From the NCBI GenBank assembly GCA_965218095.1, contig OZ244587.1, positions 2,560,001-2,624,000 on the forward strand: a stretch of DNA of 64,000 bases, written 5' to 3'. The notes below the pieces were generated by a model, which did no database searches, was not told where the DNA came from, and saw only the letters and a list, made by a program, of their open reading frames with translations. Positions 1 to 10,404 of the stretch are shown here, piece by piece. This DNA comes from Candidatus Poribacteria bacterium (lineage in GTDB: Bacteria > Poribacteria > WGA-4E > PCPOR2b). A program made the position numbers and the translations under genes. Within the stretch, counting starts at the first letter, position 1. Each line of letters starts with the position of its first letter.

Positions 1-1183
1 TGAGTACGAGGTTGGCGAAACCTTGGCCTGGATCGGAGAGGAGGGGGAGGAAGTGCCGGAGGCACCCGCAGAACAGCCCAAGGCTCCGGTTACGGAGCGG
101 CCTGTCGGATCACGGGCGACCCCCGTGGCACAGCGGCTTGCCCAACGGCACGGCATAGACGCCGATGCATTGCCAGGAACCGGTCCGGGGGGACGGGTCA
201 CCAAGGAAGACGTGCAGCGCGCCATTGACGCCGGCACAGCGAGTCCGGAAAAAGCCTCCGACGAGATTTCAACCCCTGGTGTCGCGGAACAGCCTAAGGC
301 ACCGGCTGCGGGTTGTCCTGCGGGGTCACGGGCGACCCCCGTGGCGCAGCGACTTGCCCAACGGCACGGCATAGACGCCGATGCATTGCCAGGCACCGGT
401 CCGGGCGGACGGGTCACTAAGGAAGACGTGCAGCGCGCCATCGACGCCGGCACAGCGAGTCCGGAAAAAGCCTCCGACGAGATTCCAGCCTCTGGTGTCG
501 AGGTCATTCCGCTTGCCGGCATCCGTCGTACCACCGCCGAGCGCCTCGGTACAATCTGGTCCCAGGCACCGCATGTCACCGAGGGTATTGAGGTCAATTT
601 CAGCGCGCTCCAGGCCGCCCGGAGGTCAAATACGGAGGCGTGGCGCGATGTTCACGGCGTCGCACCGACGCTCAACGACTTTGTGCTGAAAGCCACCGCC
701 GAGGCGTTGAAATCCCACATCCGGCTCAACGCAGCACTGATTGATGGGGCAATACATCAGTATAGCGACATCAATTTAGGGGTCGCCATCAACATCGAGG
801 CTGGCCTGGTTGTACCGGTCATTCGAGGTGCCGACACCCTCGGCGTGGTGGCACTCGCGGCCAAAGTCAAAGAACTAGCAGACCGTGCTCGTGTGGGAAC
901 ACTCGCGCTCGACGATTTTGCGGATGGCACGTTCACAGTCACCAATCTTGGTGGCCTTGGCGTGGATTGGTTCACGCCGGTCCTCAATCCACCTCAGTGC
1001 GCCATTCTGGGCGTGGGTCGGGTACGTCAGGCTGCGGTGGTGGAGGGTCAATCGATCCAGCTCCGAGACGTGGCGACGCTGGTTCTCACCTTCGACCACC
1101 GAGCGGTCGACGGCGCCCCTTGTGCCCGCTTCCTCGGAGACTTGCGCGCACTCATCGAAAACCCGGAGCCCCTGCTGCCTTAA
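1..1183 (+). CDS. Dihydrolipoamide acyltransferase (E2) of a 2-oxoacid dehydrogenase complex; 5'-truncated by the window edge; two E3-binding domains
   Basis: Two copies of ATPVAQRLA...GTGPGGRVTKEDV; catalytic-domain motifs GTFTVTNLG and TFDHRAVDG. Confidence 0.9.
   Translation, partial: EYEVGETLAWIGEEGEEVPEAPAEQPKAPVTERPVGSRATPVAQRLAQRHGIDADALPGTGPGGRVTKEDVQRAIDAGTASPEKASDEISTPGVAEQPKAPAAGCPAGSRATPVAQRLAQRHGIDADALPGTGPGGRVTKEDVQRAIDAGTASPEKASDEIPASGVEVIPLAGIRRTTAERLGTIWSQAPHVTEGIEVNFSALQAARRSNTEAWRDVHGVAPTLNDFVLKATAEALKSHIRLNAALIDGAIHQYSDINLGVAINIEAGLVVPVIRGADTLGVVALAAKVKELADRARVGTLALDDFADGTFTVTNLGGLGVDWFTPVLNPPQCAILGVGRVRQAAVVEGQSIQLRDVATLVLTFDHRAVDGAPCARFLGDLRALIENPEPLLP
71..486 (+). repeat. 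Intragenic tandem duplication, period 216 bp (72 aa)
   Basis: Near-identical copies start with gaacagcc at 71 and 287. Confidence 0.9.
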
Positions 1184-1362
1184 CGGAACGTGTGCTTACG
1201 GCACCGCTGAACCATGTACCACAACAGGCAGGACTTTGGCGGGACCAAGGCAGAGGTCCGCGGACTGCAAAGAAGATGCGATGGTGGGATACAAGCGGGC
1301 TGATCGAGGGCAGTTGTCATAAGATTGAAATTCTACCATATTGTCAAGTGCGGGGTCCATGA

Positions 1363-2180
1363 CTATTCAACCGCTCTGGTTCTTGCTCCTTGGGGGGCAT
1401 GCCTTGGAAGCTCACGGTCTCTCAAACGACGTTCGGGGATATAACCGGAGTAGTCTGAGATCGCGCCGTGTGTCAGGGCGTAGATTGCGACGTTCGTCAT
1501 GAAACGGTAAACGCCGGGGAGTAATGGACGGGATACCCAGGCACGCCGACGGTTCTCATCGCGCACAAATAGTCCCGACAGCTGATCAGAACAGACAGTT
1601 TGTCACCAACGAAAATGCCTTCGAGGAAATTCCGTTTCACTGGACACGCCCCCCACCAATAGATATCGAAGCCGATCGGTGGACCGCCCATCGCGTAAAA
1701 GTTGTGGTAAACCTCGTGGTCGTTCGGGATGCGCTCAATCTGGTTTTCCGGTATCGCACGTCGCATCTGAGCAAGGAACAGTCGGGCCATCGCTTGTGCG
1801 GGTGCATTGACGCCACAATCGTCGAAGATGAGAAAGCCGCCCTTCGCAACGAGGTATTTTTGCAAGGCAATTATCTCTGTTTCTGAAAGTTTGCCATCCA
1901 ATTTCCCACCGCCGTATTGACTGCCCATGAGATTATAGCGACGGACCATCGACGGATCATGCCCCGTCATAAAAAGCAGTGGAACTTTCATCAGGTTTGC
2001 GTCCGTCAACTTCGGCGTACCGCCTGCAACGTTCAAGTCCGTCTTAATTTTTGTGTGCTCGTTGAGCCATTGGGCAAAATCATTGAGCGAAGACGGATTC
2101 GCCCACCAATCCGAGAGGCTGTGCTGCACGCGAGTAAATCGGAAAACGCCGCGAATGTCTTTGCCTCTACCGACGACTCG
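1363..2180 (-). pseudogene. DUF4159-family protein, N-terminally truncated and frameshifted
   Basis: PLLFMTGH and GGFLIFDDCG motifs; frame change near 1520 (HYSP|GVYRFMTNVAIYALTH); 5' part fused to a BNR gene. Confidence 0.75.
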
Positions 2181-2956
2181 TCCGAATGGGCGACGAACAC
2201 ATGCTTATACGGGAATGTGTGACCGGCTGCGAGGGCACCGGTCCGCTCCAACAGATCCGGGGGATCATCGGGCAAACTCGGACGCTGACAGCGAATTGCC
2301 GCCAACAGTCTACCCGTAGGCAGTTGTGCGACATTGACTTCACAGCACCACTCACCAAGCACCGAATACTCGGACCATGTGCGTCCACCATCCTGAGAAC
2401 GGTAGATGCGACAGACAGCGGGCGTTATTTCAGCCGCTTCGCGATTGCCAATCCTGTCCGCCCCCACTAACACCGGCACCAGCAGCGTGCCGTCATCCAG
2501 ACGGGTCATGCTGAAGCCCAGCGACAACACATCCGGCGTACCGACATCAATCTGTCCAATTTGCCGCCACGTCGCGCCTTCATCGTGCGACTCCCACACG
2601 GTCGGCGGCGTGCCGTTGACCGCGGGTTTGACGTTTAACATGACACCCTCATCGTTGAACGCCACTCGCCAACCGATGCATACATCGGGATCGCGCTGGA
2701 GGTGCTCCCACGTTTTACCGCCATCGGTTGACCTGTGCAGCAGCGTGTGTTGAGCAGCATAGATTATACCATTCGGTGCCTGTACCAAGCACAGTCGCTG
2801 CGTGTGTCCCTCCGGATCGCGTGGGAGCCGGATCTTCTCCACAGAAACCTTCTCTAATTTTTTGTCGCGGGCGTGGAGGATATAATCGTTCGCCTGCATC
2901 ACTTGCAGTTCATCAGGCTGAATGGATATTCCGCCCATGTTGTGTGTTGAGAGCAT
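2180..2956 (-). pseudogene. BNR/Asp-box sialidase-like beta-propeller, C-terminally truncated
   Basis: Asp boxes STDGGKTW, SHDEGATW and SQDGGRTW; the fourth (AHSD) breaks off and reads into the DUF4159 remnant. Confidence 0.7.
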
Positions 2957-3064
2957 AGCGTTTCCTTTCTCTATCTATTATTTAGGTTCAGGTTCGTGGA
3001 TACCCCCGATGCTGCATCAGTTTTCCAAACTTGACAACGCTTTTTACCGTTGGTAGCGGACATT

Positions 3065-3280
3065 TTATTGGTTGAGCTGCTGGGCAACAAACACCGAATC
3101 AAGAATGCTGACCACCCCATTGCCATTTGGGTCTGGTGTGGATTTGCCGAACCCATTGGCGACCTGCACCAGATCCAAGATATTGACTTTCCTATCGCGG
3201 TTGACGTCAACGACACTTCCAGATATCAAGTGCTTCAAGGTTGAGGAGTCCGGCCAGGGGTGTGAGGTCTCGAATCTCAT
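3065..3280 (-). pseudogene. Dockerin-like repeat remnant
   Basis: DVNRDRKVNILDLVQVA and DPNGNGVVSILD; isolated C-terminal fragment. Confidence 0.6.
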
Positions 3281-3408
3281 TTTCAGAGAGTACCAGGAAT
3301 GTCAAATTGATGGCATGTTCTAAACCGGTGAGCAACGTGCTAAGGTCGTCATTTACCCTCCAAATCGATTTATTGTATCATATTTGCTATCTATTCACCG
3401 CAATAGTT

Positions 3409-6400
3409 CTATTTGAGGATAACCATCCTACGGGTTCCGGTGTAATCGTCAGTGGTCAATGTGTAGAAATATATACCACTGCTCACCGGTTCCCCGATTT
3501 CGTTGCGACCATCCCAATACACTGCCTTCCTCCGATCGGTGTAGTATCCCGCCTTTTGATGCCCTAGATTGAATTGGCGCACCAACACACCTCGGAGGTC
3601 GTAGATGCTAATCCGCACCTCTGTCTCGCTAGCAAGATGATACGGGATCCATGTCTCTGGATTAAATGGATTCGGGTAGTTTGCGCGGAGCACGGTCTTG
3701 TCTGGAATCATTAACGCAAGCAGCCTTTCAAGCATCGCTATGCCTTGGGCAAAGATAACTGACCCGTCGTTTTGAGCGTACGCCATATCTATCCACTTCT
3801 GAACAGTTTCCGGACTGAGAGAAACGTGAAACGCAGCAGGTGCAGCAGGGGTGCTTGTTTCACCGAGATGTTGCGCAACTAGGATTAAATCTAAGATGCT
3901 AGTAATCCCATCTCCATTAATGTCGCCCTTAGTCGTGCCGAAGTGTTGGGCGACCAAAATCAGGTCAAGAACGTTCACAATACCATCCCCATTTAGATCT
4001 GTAGGGGCAGGTCTTGTGCCTGCCCTGAGATAGATTTCACCGTCCAAATCTGCTAGCTGATGCGTTCTGCCTGTCTGACCACTTGCCACACCAGTAACAT
4101 TCTCTGCAAGGGAAATCTCCTGTACGTTGCCACTCCGGTTGTAAACCGCCCACCCGTTATCAAACTCGCGAATATATAAACCCTCAATATCTTGATAGCG
4201 TTGTGCCGTTTGTCCGATAGGTTGTCCGAGGTCCGCATCCCAGAAGGGATGCCAGATGTGTTTCTGGTATTGCTTTTGCCCTCCAATAGTTCCAAGAGTG
4301 TAGAGAGCATATCCGTCGGATAAAGTGAGGCTCATTGTCGTGAATAAACGCATCCACTGTTTATTTCTTGGGCTATCCGGCGGTTCAGCACCAACGCCAA
4401 AACCTCTGAGAACATTGATTTTTGGTTCTCGCATATTTGCCTCATACCAGATGAGGTTGGTTTCAATCTCAATAATGTCCTTCCGTGTGTAGCCGTGCAG
4501 CCGTCCTTTCTCAAGCGGGAAGGTTTCCATGAAACCGCCGTTGATGTAAGGTGCAGAGAGCGGGAGTTTCGTTTCATTGCGGTTACACAGAATCAGAAAA
4601 TCGTCCGGCACCCCCTGACGAATTCGCCTAAGAATTGAGATGAGCACCGGTTGTTCTTCTTGTAGATGTAGAGTTTGGAAGGACGGCGTGAGTTTCAGCC
4701 CACGCATCAAACATGATACCATCATACAAGCCACATTTTGCGACCGCAATCGCCCGTTGAACAACGACGGCTTGAACTTCTGGCAGTCTAAAATCAATCA
4801 GATATTCCGTGCTGCCGGGCTTTTGCGGGATAAGGTTTCCATTTTCGTCTCTTAGCCAGCCGAACCAATCATCGGGATAACGACTGCGGGATGCATAACT
4901 TTGTCGGAGATCGACGAGAAAAAGCATATCGGGGTTTTTGGAAAGTAGTTCCTCCCGTTGGTCGATTGCACTTTGCAGATCGCCCATTAACTGATACCCT
5001 TGTGGGGTCAGCGAAAAACGGAGTCCAAAAGGGGTATAATGCCACCAAAGATCGTGATATGCGACACGATCCAGATAAGGTATTGAATCATCCCACCAGT
5101 TGCCTCCCCTGTTCAATATGCCGTCGTCCCATGGTAGGATAACAGATGGAAGGTTTCGATTGTCGATTCGGTCTTGAATCGGGGAGCGGGGTAGCACACA
5201 AACCTCATCGTATTTGAGGTCACTCAGCGATAGCCCTTGAATCGGACTGAAGTCTACAATCTGATTGTGGTGAATCCATAACGTTTGCAAGGCAGTTAAA
5301 TTGGCAAGTGGAGTCACATTTACAATATGATTGCGGTTCAGTCGCAGTTCTTCCAACTGTGTTAAATTGGCAAGGGGACTGATGTCAACAATCCGATTGG
5401 AAGTCAATCCCAACCTTTTAAGTTGGGTTAAATTCGATAGCGGACTGATGTCTTCAATCGAAACGTTCCCAAGAGCTAGCGACTCCAATTTCACAAGGTT
5501 TGCAAGTGGAGTCACATCTGAAATTTTGGAATCCGTGATGTCAAGTATTCTGAGTTCGGTGAGGTTCGATAGCGGTGATAGATCCAGAACTGAATTGACT
5601 CTATTTGCCCAGAGTGCTAAAACTTGCAGTTGACTCAACCCCGATAGCGGATTAAGGTCACTAATTTGATTTCCACCGAGGTTAAGATGGATTACATTGG
5701 TGGCATACTCTAAGCCGGTAAGGTCAGTTATCTGCTTCTCCCTTGCGTTTAGCGATGTTAATTGGCTCATCACTAACTGTGTGAGGGGTACTTCAGACGG
5801 CAGCCCCATTTCCTCACGGATAGCGCGCTCCAAGTTTGGATCGGTTATCTCTATTTCGCTAGAAGCGAGTTCCTGTAACTTGTGGATGTCGATATCCACA
5901 CTCTGAAGGTTCAACCCAAAGAGCGGACGAAAGTCTGTTATCGTATTGTTAGCAATTGTCAAATCGGTAAGCTGTGTTAAACTGGCAAGTGGGCTAACAT
6001 CAACAATCTGATTGTGTTGCAGCCAGAGTGTTTCCAACGTGGTTAAATTGGCTAGCGGGCTGATATCAACAATCTGATTTGCTGCGAGATTTAAAAAGAC
6101 CAATTTTGTCAGATTTTGTACCGAGGTAATGTCTATTATCCCACAATGACCCAGATGCAGCTCCCTTAATTCTGTGAGGTTTTGAATAGGGCTGAGGTCT
6201 TTAATGAGGACACCAGGGAGATGGAGAAGTTCAAGTTGCGTTAAATTCGCAAGAGGGGTGAGGTCTGTGATGGGATTGTCCCGAAGGTACAGGCGTTTGA
6301 GATTTTGGGCATATTTTAAGCCGGTGATGTTTTCGACTTGTGCAACTTCTGCGGCGAAGCCTGTTAATCGTAACATCTCCAGTTGGGTGATTGGGATTTC

Positions 6401-6559
6401 ATCGGGGAGGTTGAGAGTTTCTCGGAGGGCTTTCTCAAGGTTCGGGTCGGGTATTTCTACAACTTGGGCGGATGCCGGTTGGGCAACCACAAGGGTTACC
6501 TCTACAATGAGAAATAAACAGATTAATAGGCGGGAAGCAGTGCGAAAATGGAATGTCAT
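3409..6559 (-). pseudogene. Secreted internalin-type LRR protein with a putative glycoside-hydrolase-like domain, dockerin-like repeats and a FlgD/T9SS-like C-terminal domain; split by a frameshift near 4650-4690
   Basis: Signal peptide; two IxDPNLE-capped LRR blocks; GLYDGIMFD; DLNGDGIVNVLDL; NYPNPFNPETWIPY; ORFs 4628-6559 and 3409-4797 overlap in different frames. Confidence 0.8.
4001..4026 (+). repeat. REP-like GTAG hairpin inside a coding sequence
   Basis: gtag-gggcagg-tcttgtg-cctgccc. Confidence 0.65.
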
Positions 6560-6706
6560 AAAAGTTTCCTTTCATTACCAAGGTCAACGCTTTGTCCGCG
6601 CTGGTTCAAGGAAGGCGATATCAAAATTCGTGACATACTGCTTTCTCCTGTTGCCATAAGAAAAACAATGAAAACTGTAGCCAAAAGTGATTTACCTCAA
6701 GCGATA

Positions 6707-6733
6707 GTAGAGGCAGGGTGACCCCACCCCTAC
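6707..6733. repeat. REP-like imperfect palindrome
   Basis: gtagaggcagggtgaccccacccctac, with GTAG...CTAC ends. Confidence 0.6.
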
Positions 6734-6815
6734 GGGTGTTTTTTTCGCGATGCCAACGGAATGCCAACGCAAAAAAAATACACACAGGCGAGAGATGGAG
6801 GACAGCTTGTTTTTC

Positions 6816-8126
6816 TCAAGCATCGTCTGACTCTCTCCCGTGGTTAAGCGGTTCTGGACATAGCTGGTAAAGAGAAGAAGAAGGATTCTTTTTGAGCCAC
6901 TCCTTGATGCGTTTGACTTCGGTTTTCACTTCGGGATGGTCTCTTGGAATCTGTTGGCGTAGTTCAGCCTCGAGTTGCTTAGCGATTGCTATCCCCTGCG
7001 TGAGTTCTTCTATGGTGTGTTGATTGAGGGAGAGCAGGATGTACGCTCGCTCGTACCATTGCTCGGCATATTCAGCGCGTTGCTCAGAAGATAGAGAAGA
7101 GTCATCCCGAAAATCGTCGGAGCGCGATGGGAGGTCGGCTAATGTCAGCCCGGCTGCAATCTTTTTTTCTATTTTTATGTCTCTTTCTTTCTGGTCTTTG
7201 ATTTCCTCTGACACAGGGTTTTCGCGTATGTAGGGTTCAGGGAGGGTCCGGGTTGCCTGCTGCAGTGCTAAATCCCAGATCCACGCTTTTCGCAGGTGCT
7301 TGTGGGCTTCGTGCTCCGATGGAGGTGGGGGTATTTCGCCCATAAGAGCTTTTGAAGTTTCCTTTTCTCTTTCTCGTGCCGTAAAACCGGTTTTGATGTC
7401 CACAAGTGTATCTATTGCTGATTGCAGAACAGCAGTGCAAGACTTCCGATGTAGAAATTCGATGAGCTTCGTGTCGGATTCGTCGTTGTTGGTGGACGGG
7501 CTTTCACTGCTTGGGGTGGATGGTAAGGGTGACGTGGTGGCACCTTGTCTAGCCGTGCTAAAACGTTCTTTAGACTTGGTTTGTTTGGGACGTGCGGGAT
7601 AACGCACATCTCCAAAATCAACTCGTTTTGGTCGTTTCATTGTTTTTCTCCTGTAGTATGCCGATAGTATGCCGATCAGCTCCATCATCCAAAGCCGTGT
7701 TTCTTTGTAGGCTAAGGCAAGCTGACGCAATTCTTGGATGTTGGGTTTCTTGAAACAATCAGATGAATCACTAAGGGATTCCTTTATCTGTCTTTCCATT
7801 TCTGCCAAGCGTTCAGCAATCAACGTCTGAAAAGCAGACGCAATCTCTAGGTCTTTTGATATAAAAGCCTCGATTTCTGCTTGTTGGCGGGCGGCTACCT
7901 GTTGTGCCGCGCGCCGTGTGTTTTCTGCATCAAACGCTTGGGCTCGTTTTTGCCACTGAAATTGACTTGACCACCGACCGATAGTCTTGAGATCCCGCTT
8001 TTTACCGTTGATTTCCACTTTGGTTAATTTTCGCAGTGAGCGGTCGGACGCACTACTATCGCGATAGACTTCAAAGTATTGAAAAGCTAACGCCGTTTCC
8101 CCGGGCATCCTTTCATCAAATTTCAT
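6816..8126 (-). CDS. Phage-like hypothetical protein; apparent fusion of a terminase-small-subunit-like HTH gene with a second gene starting at 7640
   Basis: N-terminal GETxxAFxxFxxYRD...RSLRK...RWSSQFQWQKRAQAFD resembles phage TerS-like proteins; RBS (gaggt) before 8126; internal AGGAG-N7-ATG at 7640. Confidence 0.55.
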   Translation of the reverse strand: MKFDERMPGETALAFQYFEVYRDSSASDRSLRKLTKVEINGKKRDLKTIGRWSSQFQWQKRAQAFDAENTRRAAQQVAARQQAEIEAFISKDLEIASAFQTLIAERLAEMERQIKESLSDSSDCFKKPNIQELRQLALAYKETRLWMMELIGILSAYYRRKTMKRPKRVDFGDVRYPARPKQTKSKERFSTARQGATTSPLPSTPSSESPSTNNDESDTKLIEFLHRKSCTAVLQSAIDTLVDIKTGFTAREREKETSKALMGEIPPPPSEHEAHKHLRKAWIWDLALQQATRTLPEPYIRENPVSEEIKDQKERDIKIEKKIAAGLTLADLPSRSDDFRDDSSLSSEQRAEYAEQWYERAYILLSLNQHTIEELTQGIAIAKQLEAELRQQIPRDHPEVKTEVKRIKEWLKKNPSSSLYQLCPEPLNHGRESDDA

Positions 8127-8606
8127 TGTATTACCTCCTGCGAAAGTATACTATTTTTGTGGTTGTTAATGCCACCGGGCCACTGAGGCAAAAAAGTTCG
8201 CAGGTCTGTTTCTCATTGACGGTGTAGAATTTTCTCGCAGAAATGTGAGGATTTGAGCCAATTTTTGCGTTTTGATTTCATAGGAAATCACCCGGCAGGT
8301 TATTGCCTGTTGCGATGTGCAATGAGAGGTTCGCCCCGATCAGATCGGGATTCAGAGCAACTTGGTAAATAGGATTTACAGTCGTTCACACCAAATTGCG
8401 CTACTACAAACTTTTTTTGCAAGAAAAAGTGTAATAACTGTGACAAAAGGTAGTTCATCTCACACGATAGTGGGGAATGGGGATCTCCGTTGCCTACAGA
8501 CGGGGGAACCTCTCCTCTACGGCTGTTTTTTTTCGATTACTACGCAACCATCATTTTCCTCTGCCCATTTTTCCCTGAAGGGTTACTACCCTTAATGTCT
8601 ATAGTT

Positions 8607-9209
8607 TCAGTCCTTTCTGAAGCCCCTAATAATCCAATAGACCACCAAGAACACACCATGCCCAAAGCCAAAGGTAACAATGAAAGCTCCAAGTAGATCT
8701 CTCACAGCGCGCCCCCGTGCCATCCACTTCCTTAGGGGAAATGCCTTTAATGCTGCTTGATATCCTTTCTCGTATTCGATTGCATTTTTGACCACTGCAT
8801 TAAGCTCTTTATCCGTGAAAGACTTCGCTTCTGCCATTGACCGAACATCATTCAAAATCCTTATCCTTGTCTCCATTATCCTTGTCTCCATTTGATGGGG
8901 ATCTTCACCTGTTAGCTCTGCTAGGAACTTATCCGCGGCGCTACTCGTCTCAGGCAATTGTGTCCTGCTTTTGTCATTTACAAACCATTCACGCCACCGC
9001 TTCTGGACCCGTTGTTTTATTTTGTACTCGTTGGAATTGTAGAAGTAGTCGTAAGATTTGACATGCCGATAAGAATTATTATCTAAGTATACCCTATACC
9101 CTCCGAGCAACCAATTAAAGCCGACAACGGCAAAAGTCAGTAAGCATGAAAACACCAGCCACAAGCGATTAAAGCCTCTGTGATAGTTGTTTAGCCATCG
9201 AATTGCCAT
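8607..9209 (-). CDS. Hypothetical membrane protein with two TM segments
   Basis: RGFNRLWLVFS N-terminal TM and YWIIRGF C-terminal TM; RBS gggggag; AT-rich; 15-bp tandem encoding METRIMETRI. Confidence 0.65.
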   Translation of the reverse strand: MAIRWLNNYHRGFNRLWLVFSCLLTFAVVGFNWLLGGYRVYLDNNSYRHVKSYDYFYNSNEYKIKQRVQKRWREWFVNDKSRTQLPETSSAADKFLAELTGEDPHQMETRIMETRIRILNDVRSMAEAKSFTDKELNAVVKNAIEYEKGYQAALKAFPLRKWMARGRAVRDLLGAFIVTFGFGHGVFLVVYWIIRGFRKD

Positions 9210-9306
9210 CGTTATTACTCCCCCTTTCCATACGGACAATCGTCCTCTGTTCTGCTAACTCTGTTTTGATGTAAAACACACCCTCTCAATTTGAATTCCT
9301 ATCAAC

Positions 9307-10080
9307 TCATCGTTTCTGGGCAGCCAACCACTCCTCGTACTCTTTCCTACCTTCGTCGTTGAACGGATAATATTTCCGCAGATCCCCGCCTTCCCGTAGT
9401 TTTATGCGGACAAAGACCTCATGCTCCTCACGCTCGCCGGCGATGTCGAGAATACGAGGTATCAGCCGAGGCGGCACAACGATAGCCCCACCATCGTCTG
9501 CCATGATAATATCGCCGGGGTTGACTAAGACCTTGCCACAACCGATGGGGAGGTTGAAGTCCGCAGGAAAGAGGTTCAGGTGCCCCGCCCCGCCGGTGGT
9601 CACAGCGGTCGACCAGACCGGCACCTTCAGTTCTTGGAAGATTGGCACAGAATCCCGAATGCCGGCGTCTATGACAACACCAGCCCCACCCTGCGCTTGG
9701 AAATAGGTCATCAACATCTCTCCGAAGCAGCCGGTGGCAAGATCGCCCCTGCCATCAACCACGATCACATCGCCAGCCTGCACTTCAAACATCACTTCCC
9801 ACAAAGCAGAGGTTTTCTCCCCGGCTTCCTCGCCTTCAGGTTCCGATTCTTCGGCGGACGCCCCCGGTATCTGGTAGCCTCTCATCTGGTCTTCACGCTG
9901 TGGTGTGAAGCGGAGCGTCAGGGCGGGACCGACAATTTTACTCCCGGGCACACGAGCGATGGGACCCTCCATAAAGGTTCGGCGCACACCCAACGCTTCC
10001 ATGGTGGAGGTTACGGCATCGGTTCCCAATTCATACAACGCCTCAATGATTTCAGGTGCGGGTCGTTTGATAGTGGACAT
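9307..10080 (-). CDS. RraA/HMG-CHA aldolase family protein
   Basis: GDVIVVDGRG, GVVIDAGIRD, VNPGDIIMADDGG. Confidence 0.85.
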   Translation of the reverse strand: MSTIKRPAPEIIEALYELGTDAVTSTMEALGVRRTFMEGPIARVPGSKIVGPALTLRFTPQREDQMRGYQIPGASAEESEPEGEEAGEKTSALWEVMFEVQAGDVIVVDGRGDLATGCFGEMLMTYFQAQGGAGVVIDAGIRDSVPIFQELKVPVWSTAVTTGGAGHLNLFPADFNLPIGCGKVLVNPGDIIMADDGGAIVVPPRLIPRILDIAGEREEHEVFVRIKLREGGDLRKYYPFNDEGRKEYEEWLAAQKR

Positions 10081-10404
10081 ATTTGCACTCCTATAAATCT
10101 GGATTTACGGGATTGATTTTAGGAATTTTCTTGAGTCTTTATCCTGATAACCCTTGAATCCTAATTGGATTTTCCCCGCGTACTTTGGAAATATGCAACA
10201 GCTATTTTACCCCTTTGTTATGCTTGGGTCAACAGCAAAAATCGTTGCGGAGCGAACGATCGTTTTTGGACGAATGGTGACAGTAGTTCTTCTTTTTGAT
10301 CTCTTTTTTGATTCATTCCTGTTACAATGTCCGCTGGGCCAACGGCACATCGGGGCATCAACCGAATGGCTTACGGAATCATCGAAAATCAGTAAGGAGG
10401 GTAT

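Noticed and set aside
5200-6480. DNA repeats in the LRR gene as a diversity-generating element
   Set aside because: Ordinary degenerate 22-aa LRR coding repeats; no RT gene or adenine-specific TR/VR pair is visible.
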